Source: Dehalococcoidia bacterium
GTDB taxonomy: Bacteria > Chloroflexota > Dehalococcoidia > Plut-88900
Length of the DNA stretch: 64,000 bases
Direction of reading: 5' to 3'
Assembly (NCBI GenBank): GCA_965207225.1
Contig: CBDBLV010000004.1
Coordinates: 416,001-480,000, forward strand
Positions 1 through 9,718 of the stretch are shown here, in pieces. Under the pieces are notes generated by a model. That model saw only the letters and a list, made by a program, of their open reading frames with translations. It was not told the DNA's origin and searched no databases. Position 1 is the first letter of the stretch. The number at the start of each line of letters is the position of its first letter. Position numbers and translations under genes: made by a program.

Positions 1-1
1 G

Positions 2-595
2 GGAATCGTTGCCTGGCCCATGATCGAGTTTGAGGCCGACGATGCCCTCGCCACTGCCGCCATACGCTGGCAAGCAGACCCCGAGGTAGAACAGGTCGTC
101 ATCTGCTCGCCGGACAAGGATCTCTGCCAGCTGGTGTCGGGGGACAGGGTTGTGTGCCTGGACAGGAGAAGGGAAATAGTGCTGGACGAGCCAGCCGTGA
201 TCGAGAAGTTCGGGGTGCGGCCCGAATCCATTCCCGACTACCTGGCGTTGGTCGGGGACAACGCCGACGGTATACCGGGGATTCCTCGGTGGGGGGCGGG
301 GGGAACTGCGACGGTCCTGTCCCGATATGGGCGCATCGAAGATATACCCGCGGATGCGGAGCAATGGGACGTAAAGGTGCGCGGGGCCAAAGCCCTTGCC
401 CAGAACCTGAACGATATGCGCTCCGACGCCCTTCTCTACAAGAAGCTTGCAACTCTCCGCACGGACGCCCCGATCTCGGAAAGCCTGGAAGACCTACTCT
501 GGCGGGGCATCCCAACCTCCGACTTCCAGGACTTTTGCGCTGCGCAGGGTTTTACGCGGTTGGCAGAGTCGGGGCTTCCCACACTGTCTTGCTAG
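2..595 (+). CDS. 5'-3' exonuclease / flap endonuclease (Pol I N-terminal-like), 5'-partial
   Basis: EADD, SPDKDLCQL and LVGDNADGIPGIPRWG (helix-hairpin-helix) motifs; frame open to the window edge. Confidence 0.9.
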   Translation, partial: GIVAWPMIEFEADDALATAAIRWQADPEVEQVVICSPDKDLCQLVSGDRVVCLDRRREIVLDEPAVIEKFGVRPESIPDYLALVGDNADGIPGIPRWGAGGTATVLSRYGRIEDIPADAEQWDVKVRGAKALAQNLNDMRSDALLYKKLATLRTDAPISESLEDLLWRGIPTSDFQDFCAAQGFTRLAESGLPTLSC

Positions 596-598
596 GGA

Positions 599-1159
599 CT
601 ATTCGTCCCTGTTAATCCACTTCCAGTCGCCGACACTTCCCCGCTGGTTCAGCCCTTTCTGCAATCCGCGAATATAAGAGATTTGGCCTACGTGCTGAGC
701 GATCTCACAGATGAGATGGCTCCACACTCGGCCTAAGGTGTAGTCGCGTCGTCTCGGGTGGTCACTGGGCGGCACAAAGTCAAAGTCGCTTTCTGAAAGG
801 GTCTTCAGGTACGCCAGGCTCTCGCCGCGCACTTGTTTTCTGTATTCCGCAATCTCGGTAAGCGGGGGACTGGGGTAAGCGTTGATCTCTTCCCGACCGT
901 AGCCGAATCCGGTGTCGTCCACTGCGATGCCCCAGCGGTCGGACCATCCCTTCCGTTCGAAGACCTGGGCCTGACGGAGGGCATAGTCGCTTACAAAAAT
1001 GTCCTCCGCCCGACCAATGTGCCACATCAGGAAGGAAATCGAGTTGGCATCCTGATCGGGTCTCCAGTCCAAGTCCTCGGGGGACAGGCCTTCGAGCATG
1101 TGGGCCAGCTCGGCTTCAAGCTCCTGGAAGGCTTCTTCGACTATGCGGCTGATGTGCAT
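599..1159 (-). CDS. DinB/YfiT-like family protein
   Basis: ANSISFLMWH and HLICEIAQHVGQISYIRG DinB_2-type metal-binding His pattern. Confidence 0.85.
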   Translation of the reverse strand: MHISRIVEEAFQELEAELAHMLEGLSPEDLDWRPDQDANSISFLMWHIGRAEDIFVSDYALRQAQVFERKGWSDRWGIAVDDTGFGYGREEINAYPSPPLTEIAEYRKQVRGESLAYLKTLSESDFDFVPPSDHPRRRDYTLGRVWSHLICEIAQHVGQISYIRGLQKGLNQRGSVGDWKWINRDE

Positions 1160-1208
1160 TCAGGTCCTCCTAATGAGAAGTAGAGATATGGCGAAACGGC
1201 TAATCTAG

Positions 1209-1655
1209 TCAGGCAAGCACGGAGTCTTGCCATTGTGTAACATTTGCTGGGTCCAAACGCTCTAATCCCGGCAACTTGTCGAAATCCGTGTCTGCCGAGA
1301 CTATGCGGTCTATACGGAGCCGTTTCATAACTGCTGCATGGACCAGGTCTCTAGAACTCGCTTCGGGGTGACAGTCCGCGAGGTCACATGCCAACTCGAC
1401 GTCTTCAAGAAAAACAGGCTCTACTCTATCGTGCATCGTCTCGGCAAAGGATTGAAAAATATCTCGGCCCAATACCCATCTACCGGAAGAGCGGTATCGA
1501 TGCAAAATTTCTTGCATCACTTCGCTATCGGTAAAGAATAACCTCGGATGTAGGGCAACTATCCTCAATATCTGCAAGCAGGGCGCCTTGTAAGGATGAT
1601 CTGCTCCGCCCGCATAGATCGGAATGTTTGTGTCAATAAAGGCCGCCGGGCTCAT
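1209..1655 (-). CDS. vapC: VapC PIN-domain toxin
   Basis: FIDTNI, EVMQEI, RDLVHAA and SADTDFD PIN motifs. Confidence 0.9.
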   Translation of the reverse strand: MSPAAFIDTNIPIYAGGADHPYKAPCLQILRIVALHPRLFFTDSEVMQEILHRYRSSGRWVLGRDIFQSFAETMHDRVEPVFLEDVELACDLADCHPEASSRDLVHAAVMKRLRIDRIVSADTDFDKLPGLERLDPANVTQWQDSVLA

Positions 1656-1881
1656 ACTTCGCCTCTAGTTCACGGGACAGCTGCTCGGGGTCGGGGACGT
1701 CCTCTACTTCCAGGCTCGCTATCCTTTCGACAGCGCGTAACCGACGTGCGAGCATTATTTCCTGATAAGCATCGTCTATTAGACGCCTGACAACTTCTGA
1801 AATCGGCTCGCCTTTTTCTTCCACCAATATCTCCAGCCTTCGGCGGTGCTCTGAATCGAGACGCACATCCAATCTGGCCAT
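1633..1881 (-). CDS. Ribbon-helix-helix (CopG-like) antitoxin
   Basis: RLDVRLD...ISEVVRRLID RHH pattern; directly upstream of and overlapping vapC. Confidence 0.85.
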   Translation of the reverse strand: MARLDVRLDSEHRRRLEILVEEKGEPISEVVRRLIDDAYQEIMLARRLRAVERIASLEVEDVPDPEQLSRELEAKYEPGGLY

Positions 1882-1918
1882 TTCACCCTCCGCATACGTA
1901 CTTACTTGTACGGAGCAA

Positions 1919-1947
1919 ATTGTCCGTCATCTGACATGTCCTGTCAA
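1919..1947 (-). promoter_or_regulatory. sigma70-like promoter of the VapBC operon
   Basis: Minus strand TTGACA-17 nt-GACAAT; GACATGTC palindrome in the spacer may be an operator. Confidence 0.55.
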
Positions 1948-2022
1948 TGCTGATATTAAACAGTGCTTTCGAACTTCCTCCAAACGCTATACTACCCCCG
2001 ACACCTGCTAAAGGACATCTTG

Positions 2023-2874
2023 ATGCTGATCTCTGAACGAAGAATGCGCTTCCGCGAATACCTTTCCCGAGAGTCGTGCGTACGGCCCGCTTCCGTTTTT
2101 GATGCCATGTCGGCACGGCTTGCGGAGGCTGCGGGATTCGAGATAGGGATGCTGGCCGGGTCAATCGCCTCTGCGGTGGCTATCGGGGCGCCCGATTGGA
2201 CCCTGATTACGCTCACTGAATTCGCCGAGCAGGCCCGACGGATCACCCGCGCCTCCAATATCAGCCTGCTGGTCGACGCGGACCACGGCTACGGCAATGC
2301 CCTTAACGTGATGAGAACCGTGGAGGAAATGGAGAATTCGGGAGTCTCGGCGCTCACTATCGAGGATGCCGTTTTGCCTACACCCTTCGGCTCGGGACCC
2401 GGGCAAGGACTCATCTCCATAGAAGAGATTGTCGGAAAACTCAAGGCGGCCCTCCGGGCCCGGCAAGACCCGTCCCTCGTGATTGTAGGACGGAGTATCG
2501 CCGGCCCCGATGAGGTGGAAGACCGAGCCCGAGCTTTTGCACAATTGGGCGTCGATGCGCTTTTCTTCACCGGTGTGTCCACCATTGAACAGTTGAGAAG
2601 AATCCGGGAAGCCACCGGCCTTCCTCTTCTCACCGGGTCCCGGGCCCCGGAGCTGGACGATCTGGACCGCATGGCCTCGGTGGGGGTGCGAATTGCGCAG
2701 AAGGGACACCTGCCTATTCGCGCGGCGATGAAGGCGCTATTGGAAACCTACAAGGCTCAAAAGTCGGGGCTGGGGGCGGCGGAACTGAAGGACATGCTGG
2801 CTTCCGAGGAAACTATGGACGTTGCGCTGGGGCAAAGCGCTTACGACGGGTGGAAATCGGAGTTCCTGTGCTAA
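2023..2874 (+). CDS. Isocitrate lyase/PEP mutase family protein, oxaloacetate decarboxylase-like
   Basis: APDWTLITLTEF, VDADHGYGNALNV and IEDAVLP motifs; ATG at 2023 follows AAGGA. Confidence 0.85.
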   Translation: MLISERRMRFREYLSRESCVRPASVFDAMSARLAEAAGFEIGMLAGSIASAVAIGAPDWTLITLTEFAEQARRITRASNISLLVDADHGYGNALNVMRTVEEMENSGVSALTIEDAVLPTPFGSGPGQGLISIEEIVGKLKAALRARQDPSLVIVGRSIAGPDEVEDRARAFAQLGVDALFFTGVSTIEQLRRIREATGLPLLTGSRAPELDDLDRMASVGVRIAQKGHLPIRAAMKALLETYKAQKSGLGAAELKDMLASEETMDVALGQSAYDGWKSEFLC

Positions 2875-2885
2875 CCGGTTCCCGA

Positions 2886-4556
2886 CTACCGGGTAATGTA
2901 TTCAGAAGCCCCCGCCCTCCGGTAGACTTCCCGTCCTCCGAGGAACACGTAGTCCACCTTAACGTCCAGAATCTCGTCACCCGTCATCTCGCTCGGGTCA
3001 CGGTTGAGGACCACGATGTCTGCGAGCTTGCCCCGCTCGAGGCTGCCCTTTACATCGTCTTCGCCCAGTGCGGCGGACGGGTAGATGGTGTGCATTTTCA
3101 AGGCTTCTTGCATCGAAATACGCTGCTCTGGGTCGATTACTTGACCCGTGAAAGTTTGACGTTTGACAGCGCACCAGATGCTGAAGAAGGGGTTGAAGTG
3201 ACGGGCCTCGGAGCCCGAGCCGTCTGAGCTGCACGGCAACTCCCATCCTTCATCAACCATAGTGCGGAAAGAGAACCGGCCCTTGCTGGCGTAATCACCC
3301 ATGTAGACGGGGAAATAGTCCCCGAAGGTGTAAAGAAAGACGGCCTGAGGCGCGGGCATCAAGCCAGCCCTGCGCCAAAGCTCTCGGGTCCCGGGATCTG
3401 ATACGAAGATGCCGGCGTGCTCCATCCGGTTCACCATCCGGCCCGTAGGCGGGTCACCGAGTTCAATGGCTATCTTGCACATCGACTCCTGGGCCCGTTC
3501 CCCATTGCAGTGGATGATCAGTTGCAACTCCGCCTCCCGCGTCCCGACCATCGCATTACGGATTTGCGTCCGGTTCAAGGCCAGCTTGCCTCGAGAGCCG
3601 TTTCGTCCTACGTATGGCAGCTTCACAGCGGCCAGCGCCGCCGAGTAACCACCGTCGGCGAACATTTTGACTCCCTGGATGCGCATGTGCTTGTCGTCCG
3701 AGGAGATGTTGAGGTGGTCCTGCCAGCGGCAGGCATCCTTGATTGACATCAGTCTCGGGACCCAGATGTAGGTCCTGAACCGGACGTTGATGTCTCCGCT
3801 GCCTATCAGGCGGTCGGCCAGCTCTATTCCCTCGGTGCTGTGAGAGATATCGCCTATCGTTGTAACACCGTTGGCGGTCAAGTGCTCGCTGGATATGGCT
3901 TTGAGGGCCCTCTCCTTGGTGGAGAGGTCGGGGCGGGGGATGGGGAGCAGGTGCTCCAGGTCCTTAATTATTCCGTTCGGCTCTCCGGACTCCTCCAACT
4001 CGACCGTGGCTCCCGCCGGGACCCGGAACCCGGGCCCAATGCCGACAAGTTCCAGGGCCCTGGAATTCAGAATCAGGTTGTGGCCCCCGGCCATCATGGC
4101 CACGGGGATATCTGTACTGACTTTGTCCAGGTCCCGACGGTTGGGCAGCCGCTTGTCCTTCAGCTTCTGGTCCTGGAAGAGGCTGCCGTGCCCGAACAGC
4201 CAGCCAGTCTCGTCCGCCATGTCCATGTTCTGGCGGAAGGCCTCTATAACGTCGTCTATCGTCTCCCGGGGCGGCGTGTGTACGTCTACCCGGTTATACA
4301 GAGCGAGGGAGGCCATCTCCGGGTGGACGTGGACGTCCACAAACCCCGGCATGATGGGCCGATCTCCGAAGTCATAAGTCGCAACGCCGTCCCCTAGCGC
4401 CCCCTCCACCCGACCCCGCGGCCCCATTTCCAGTATCGAGTCGCCCTTCACCGCTACGGAGTCGTCATCCCGGCCGGGGTCCCGGGCCATGCTGATTAGC
4501 TTTCTGGACGTGAATAGCGCCTTCTTTTCTTCCATCTCCTTAGCCCTCAACCCCAC
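2886..4556 (-). CDS. Amidohydrolase (Amidohydro_3 / YtcJ-like)
   Basis: MPGFVDVHVH, KMFADG, RMEHA and KGSLERGKLADIVVL motifs. Confidence 0.9.
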   Translation of the reverse strand: MGLRAKEMEEKKALFTSRKLISMARDPGRDDDSVAVKGDSILEMGPRGRVEGALGDGVATYDFGDRPIMPGFVDVHVHPEMASLALYNRVDVHTPPRETIDDVIEAFRQNMDMADETGWLFGHGSLFQDQKLKDKRLPNRRDLDKVSTDIPVAMMAGGHNLILNSRALELVGIGPGFRVPAGATVELEESGEPNGIIKDLEHLLPIPRPDLSTKERALKAISSEHLTANGVTTIGDISHSTEGIELADRLIGSGDINVRFRTYIWVPRLMSIKDACRWQDHLNISSDDKHMRIQGVKMFADGGYSAALAAVKLPYVGRNGSRGKLALNRTQIRNAMVGTREAELQLIIHCNGERAQESMCKIAIELGDPPTGRMVNRMEHAGIFVSDPGTRELWRRAGLMPAPQAVFLYTFGDYFPVYMGDYASKGRFSFRTMVDEGWELPCSSDGSGSEARHFNPFFSIWCAVKRQTFTGQVIDPEQRISMQEALKMHTIYPSAALGEDDVKGSLERGKLADIVVLNRDPSEMTGDEILDVKVDYVFLGGREVYRRAGASEYITR

Positions 4557-5646
4557 GCGCTAAGCCTTTGCCGGCCATGACCGGCTCCCGGCTGTTCGCA
4601 GCAGATTCCTGAGCCCTGTAGGGCTTCATCACTTCCTCTGCGAAGAGTTTGAGAGAGCGTTTGGCATCCTCGTGGCCCGGGCCGAAGTGGGTGAAGAGCG
4701 AAAGGTGGTCGAGGCCGGCCCTATCGAATGCATAGACCTTTTCCAGCACCTCGTCGGGGGTGCCCATGAGCAGGTTGTCGTAGACCTCCTGCTGTGTGGG
4801 GTCGTCATCGTTGGACTCGGGGGCGACGTATGCCCGGGGGTTGGAGTTCTGTGTGTAGTCGTGGAGTCGAGTCCCGATGCGGTGGTTGATTATGACATCC
4901 CGCGTCTTTGCGAAGGCCTCTTCCCTGGTCTCCCCGACGTAGTACATCCTCGACATCCCTATTTTCTGCACGCCACGTGCATTCCCGGCATCTTCCCGAC
5001 CCTCGTGGAAGGCGTCGCACATGCGCTGGATGTGGCTCATCGGTCGGCGGAAGGGAGCATGGAATACGTGGTAGCCTTTGCGGGCGTAGTGACGAATCGT
5101 GGAATCGTGCATGCACCCGACCCACACCGGGGGATGGGGACTCTGGACGGGTCGGGGCCAGACGTAGGTGTTTTCAAAGGACCAGAACCGCCCGGAGTGC
5201 TCGATTCCCTTCTCCTCGCTGTGCCAGATCTTTTCCAGTATCTCCAGGGACTCGTCGAAGCGGGCCCGGCTGTCGCCGAACTCCTGCTCGAAGCGGTCGA
5301 ACTCGTACTTGTAGGCCCCTCGGGCGACTCCTAGCTCGAATTTGCCCTCGAGCATGTTGTCGGTGGCTGCTATGTCGCCAGCTATGGCGAGGGGGTGGTG
5401 GAAGGGCAGAAGGACAACGGCCGTCCCTACGGTCGCTTTCTTGACGTGCTGCCCGACCTGGGTGGCGACCAGCAGGGCGTTGGGGGCGGGGATGTAGTGG
5501 ATTAGGTGGTGCTCCGGCACCCAGATGTTATCGAAGCCCAGGTCGTCGGCGAGGACAGCCAGCTCCAGCATGTTCTTGTACATGTCCAGGCCGCGCTGTT
5601 CTTCGTAAATCTGCATGAAGGAAAGGAATAGGCCGAATGTCATCAT
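4540..5646 (-). CDS. LLM-class flavin-dependent oxidoreductase
   Basis: GFDNIWVPEHH, GTAVVLLPFHHP and PRPVQSPHPPVW motifs. Confidence 0.93.
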   Translation of the reverse strand: MMTFGLFLSFMQIYEEQRGLDMYKNMLELAVLADDLGFDNIWVPEHHLIHYIPAPNALLVATQVGQHVKKATVGTAVVLLPFHHPLAIAGDIAATDNMLEGKFELGVARGAYKYEFDRFEQEFGDSRARFDESLEILEKIWHSEEKGIEHSGRFWSFENTYVWPRPVQSPHPPVWVGCMHDSTIRHYARKGYHVFHAPFRRPMSHIQRMCDAFHEGREDAGNARGVQKIGMSRMYYVGETREEAFAKTRDVIINHRIGTRLHDYTQNSNPRAYVAPESNDDDPTQQEVYDNLLMGTPDEVLEKVYAFDRAGLDHLSLFTHFGPGHEDAKRSLKLFAEEVMKPYRAQESAANSREPVMAGKGLARGVEG

Positions 5647-5746
5647 GGTCTATGCGTCCTTTGGGTTGCGCTCGAGTAGTGGGTACAGGGTCGGGGTCGG
5701 CTCACGATACCTTTGGCTCAACCAGCCTGTCAATTTCACCTATCCC

Positions 5747-6697
5747 CTATGCCAGACACCTAAGCGGCGACCCGCCGTTGTAGTCTTCCATCTCCCTGAC
5801 TATGGGAGGCATGTTCAACTTGGCGCCCCAATTCTCGCCCTTGATTTCCGAAAACGCCCGGTGGATGTTGCCGACAATCCGCTCCGCATCGTGCCACCCC
5901 GCAAATTCGCCCAGGTCCGCGCTCCTGGCGATTTCCAAGGGTTTCATTCCAGCATCGTATCCCTCCCGAGACACCTGTTGAATGAACTTGAGGTACGCCT
6001 CCGTCGGGTCGAACAGCTCAGGGCCGCAGACGGGCCCGTGGCCCGGGACTATGGTCTCGGCGCCCAGGGCTCTCAGCCGTTCAATGGCTACAAGGGAACC
6101 TGCTACCGACCCCATGACTACAAAGGGCGTGCCTTCGTTGAAGATCAGGTCGCCGGAGAATAGGAGCTTGTGGTCGGGGATCCAGACTACGGTGTCGTTG
6201 GTCGTGTGGGCGGGGCCCATGAAGATTAATTCCAGCCTCAGGTCCTCCACGTGCAGAGTCATCCTGTCCTGGTAGGTCATTGTAGGAGCGGCCAGTTCGA
6301 GGTTGCCCCAATCGACGTTAGGGAACAGCATCCCAATAGTGTTGTCGGGCCTGGGGAGGCCCGCTTCAAGCACCGCCTCCCGACAAAGCTCGTGGGCGAC
6401 GATGGTCGAGCCCCGGAACAGGTAGTTGCCGTGGGTGTGATCGCCGTGATGGTGGGTGTTGACCAGCGTGTGCAAGGGTAGCTTGGTAACACTGCGGATA
6501 GAATCCAGGAACGCCCGGGTCCTGCGCTCTGTGAAGCAGGTGTCTATGACCGTCGCACCCCGTCGTCCGACCACGAAACCGGCGTTGTTCAGGCCCCAGC
6601 TGCCGTCCGCCTGCAGATAGCAGAATACCCGGTCGGCGACTTCCTTCACCTCGGGGGGAGAGAGCTCGCTGCTGGTCGTGACCTGGTCGACACTCAT
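5747..6697 (-). CDS. MBL-fold metallo-hydrolase (cyclase-like)
   Basis: NTHHHGDHTHGN, AHT, SGDL and VPGHG motifs. Confidence 0.9.
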   Translation of the reverse strand: MSVDQVTTSSELSPPEVKEVADRVFCYLQADGSWGLNNAGFVVGRRGATVIDTCFTERRTRAFLDSIRSVTKLPLHTLVNTHHHGDHTHGNYLFRGSTIVAHELCREAVLEAGLPRPDNTIGMLFPNVDWGNLELAAPTMTYQDRMTLHVEDLRLELIFMGPAHTTNDTVVWIPDHKLLFSGDLIFNEGTPFVVMGSVAGSLVAIERLRALGAETIVPGHGPVCGPELFDPTEAYLKFIQQVSREGYDAGMKPLEIARSADLGEFAGWHDAERIVGNIHRAFSEIKGENWGAKLNMPPIVREMEDYNGGSPLRCLA

Positions 6698-6828
6698 GGA
6701 GGCTACCTCTTTGGGCCAATGGGTGGAATAACGTCACTTGCCGACAATGGCCTGCATATTATATTGTCTGGCCGGAATTCCCAGTGTCCTTGCTGTTAGG
6801 ACTTCGCGCACGGGTACAAGAGAACAGA

Positions 6829-8040
6829 ATGAGACCTCTCGAAGGAATAAAGGCTATCGAGCTCGGGATCTGGTTTGCCGGGCCGGCCGCGGGAATGCTG
6901 CTGGCCGAGTGCGGCGCCGACGTCATCAAGATCGAGCCCCTCGGAGGCGGGGACCCGATACGTGGCCTGGACCTGGAGGAGCGCTGGGGGGCCGAGACCC
7001 CACCCTTCAACTACATGGCCGAAATGGTCAACCGGGGCAAGCGCAGCGCGGCCATAGATTTGCGCCTGGCCGAGGGTCGGGAACTGGTCTACAAACTCGC
7101 CAAGACCGCCGACATTTTCGTAACCAACGTCAGGCCCCAGGCCCTGGACCACCTGGAGATGACCCCCGAGACCATCACCGCTCTCAACCCGAGACTTGTG
7201 TACGGCCTCCTGACGGGTTTCGGGCCCAAGGGGCCGGACAAGAACAAGCCCGCCTTCGACGAGGTCGGGTTCTGGGCCCGAGGTGGGTTTCTGTCCTTCA
7301 TGGGCGAGCCCGTCGGACCCCCCACCCACCTCCACGGTGCCATGGGAGACCTGACCACTGCCGTTTGCATGACAAATGCCATAGCCCTCGCGCTGTTTAC
7401 CAGGGAGCGCACGGGCAAGGGCCAGGTGGTCGAGTCTTCTCTGCTGTCCAGCGGGATGTGGGTGGCTGGATACGACCTGCACCGGACGCTGTTTTCGGGG
7501 GATGACGTCCTCCGGGAGACCCGTACGTCGGCGCCGAGTCCCCTTTACAACACCTACCGGTGCGGAGATGGTCGATGGATCCAGTTCGCCATGCCCCAGG
7601 GCGACCGGTACTGGCGCCCGACCTGCCTGGCCCTGGAAGTCCCACATCTCGCGGATGACGTCCGCTTCAACAACCACGGAAAGATGATGAAGAACCATCT
7701 GGAGGCCATCAAGCTGCTGGATGAAGCCTTCGCCAAGCGATCCCTTTGCGAATGGGCCCCGAGATTCGACGAGTTTCAGTTGGTCTGGGCCCAGGACGCC
7801 CGACTCTCGGAGGTGGTGGCCGATCCGCAGGTGGAGGCAAACAAGTACCTTGTGGAAGTGGAACACGCGGGCCTCGGTACATACAAGGAGATAGGGCTGC
7901 CCTTCGCCTTGAGGGATACGCCAACGCATCCCTCGGGGCCCGCGCCCGAGTGGGGCCAGCACACCGAGGAGGTCCTTCGAGAACTCGATTATTCCTGGGA
8001 GCAGATCATCGAACTTAAAGACCGGTCCGTCATAGCCTGA
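6829..8040 (+). CDS. Class III CoA-transferase (CaiB/BaiF)
   Basis: PLEGIKAIE, GADVIKIEP, NRGKRS and APEWGQHTEEVL motifs. Confidence 0.93.
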   Translation: MRPLEGIKAIELGIWFAGPAAGMLLAECGADVIKIEPLGGGDPIRGLDLEERWGAETPPFNYMAEMVNRGKRSAAIDLRLAEGRELVYKLAKTADIFVTNVRPQALDHLEMTPETITALNPRLVYGLLTGFGPKGPDKNKPAFDEVGFWARGGFLSFMGEPVGPPTHLHGAMGDLTTAVCMTNAIALALFTRERTGKGQVVESSLLSSGMWVAGYDLHRTLFSGDDVLRETRTSAPSPLYNTYRCGDGRWIQFAMPQGDRYWRPTCLALEVPHLADDVRFNNHGKMMKNHLEAIKLLDEAFAKRSLCEWAPRFDEFQLVWAQDARLSEVVADPQVEANKYLVEVEHAGLGTYKEIGLPFALRDTPTHPSGPAPEWGQHTEEVLRELDYSWEQIIELKDRSVIA

Positions 8041-8057
8041 ATACGGGAGGAACAAAT

Positions 8058-8846
8058 ATGAGCTGGGAAACCCTGATATACGACCTGAAGGACGACGGCA
8101 TCCTATGGATCCGCTTCAACCGTCCGCGTTCTCTCAACGCCGTCAACCGGGTCTTTGCGAGAGAGCTGCGGGAGGCCGTGGAGAAGGCTGAAGCCGACCC
8201 CGAAGTCAAAGTAGTAATCCTCACTGGAGAGGGTCGGGCGTTTTGCGCGGGCGCCGACCTGAAGGAAGCGGCGGCGGGCATCCCGCCGGGACAGGAGAAG
8301 CGCAGCACCCACAACCTGCAAACCGTGGCCCAGGTCCTCCGGGATATGCGAAAGGTCGCCATCGCGGCGGTCAATGGTTACGCCCTCGGGGCGGGGTGTG
8401 AGATATCGTTGGACTGCGACCTTGTCGTTGCATCGGAAGAGGCGAAGTTCGGTTTCCCGGAGACGGGGGTCGGGGCGACGGTGACGGGGGCCGGGACTTA
8501 CCTGCTGCCACAGGGTATCGGGCTCGCCCGGGCCAAGGAACTGATTTTCCTCGGGGAGCACATCCCCGCCGCCGAGGCCAAGGAACTGGGCATGGTCAAC
8601 CGGGTCGTCCCCGCCGACAAGCTGGAAGAAGAGGCCACCGCAGTCGCTCACAAGGTCCTGGAAAAGTCGCCGATGGCCATAGCCCTGGCCAAGGCTGCGT
8701 TGAACGTCGGGGCGGAGGCAACTTTCGGGGCGGCCCTTACCTACGAGCGGGACTCCAGCATAGCCGCCTCGTCCACCGGCGACATGGTGAATGCAGGGCA
8801 GGCCTTTAAGGAGAAACGCCCGCCAAAGTTCGGGTCGGGGAGCTAG
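8058..8846 (+). CDS. Enoyl-CoA hydratase/isomerase
   Basis: AFCAGADL, AVNGYALGAGCE and FGFPE motifs. Confidence 0.93.
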   Translation: MSWETLIYDLKDDGILWIRFNRPRSLNAVNRVFARELREAVEKAEADPEVKVVILTGEGRAFCAGADLKEAAAGIPPGQEKRSTHNLQTVAQVLRDMRKVAIAAVNGYALGAGCEISLDCDLVVASEEAKFGFPETGVGATVTGAGTYLLPQGIGLARAKELIFLGEHIPAAEAKELGMVNRVVPADKLEEEATAVAHKVLEKSPMAIALAKAALNVGAEATFGAALTYERDSSIAASSTGDMVNAGQAFKEKRPPKFGSGS

Positions 8847-8849
8847 GTC

Positions 8850-9644
8850 ATGGACGTGGAGCTTGAGGGCAAAGTTGCCGTGGTCACGGGCGGAAGTCTC
8901 GGGATCGGGAAGGCGATTGCCCGGGAGCTGGCCCTGGAGGGCGCCCGAGTCGTGATCTGCGCCCGCCGCCCCGAGCTATTGCAGGACGCCACCTCCGATA
9001 TCGAACGGGAGACCGGTAACAGGGTCCTTGCCGTCCCGACCGACACCACCCAACCTGACCAGGTAGCCAACCTATTCCAAGCTACTATGGCCGAGTTCGG
9101 CAGGGTAGACATCCTTGTAAACAACGCCGCCGTAGTGGGCGGGCTACTCCAAGGGCCACTGGAGGAGGCTACGGAAGAGCTGCTGACTGAGGACCTGGAC
9201 ACCAAGGTTGTAGGCTATTTCCGCACCGCTCAGGCCGCCGCTCCCCTGATGAAGGAGCAGGGGTGGGGTCGGATAATCAACATAGGCGGCATGTCGGGGC
9301 GGTACTCGGGGGTGATAAGCGGCGTCCGCAATGCTGCTGTTGCCCACCTGACTAAGACGCTGTCGGGCCAGCTAGGGCCGCACGGCATCACCGTCAACAC
9401 CATCCACCCGGGCACAGTCCGCACAGAACGCACCGACGAGATGTACGAAGAAGAGGCCACCGCTCAGGGCATGTCGAAGGAAGAGGTCGCACAGCGGGCT
9501 GCAGAAGTTCAGTCTATTGGCCGCATCGTCGAATCTGCCGAGATAGCTCACCTGGTCTGCTTCCTGGCCTCCCCAAAGGCCGCAGCCATCACCGGGGAGG
9601 TGATAGCCGTGGACGGGGGCCGGGGGTCGGCGGTGTTCTTCTAG
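8850..9644 (+). CDS. SDR family oxidoreductase
   Basis: TGGSLGIG, DILVNNA and ITGEVIAVDGG motifs; lacks the canonical YxxxK. Confidence 0.9.
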   Translation: MDVELEGKVAVVTGGSLGIGKAIARELALEGARVVICARRPELLQDATSDIERETGNRVLAVPTDTTQPDQVANLFQATMAEFGRVDILVNNAAVVGGLLQGPLEEATEELLTEDLDTKVVGYFRTAQAAAPLMKEQGWGRIINIGGMSGRYSGVISGVRNAAVAHLTKTLSGQLGPHGITVNTIHPGTVRTERTDEMYEEEATAQGMSKEEVAQRAAEVQSIGRIVESAEIAHLVCFLASPKAAAITGEVIAVDGGRGSAVFF

Positions 9645-9718
9645 GACGGATCGGGGCAATGGGTGCAGGGACACCGGTATAAACGACAGATCGGATTCCG
9701 ACAGCAAGGCATTCGTGC

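Noticed and set aside
2023-2874. PEP mutase for phosphonate biosynthesis together with the ComDE-like genes
   Set aside because: Lacks the PepM EDKxxxxxNS motif, resembles the oxaloacetate decarboxylase subgroup, and lies 26 kb from the decarboxylase genes.
6796-8055. Long antisense ORFs (also 13976-15154, 21218-22258, 27546-28508, 41500-42639)
   Set aside because: Shadow frames of well-supported genes, expected from high-GC codon bias.
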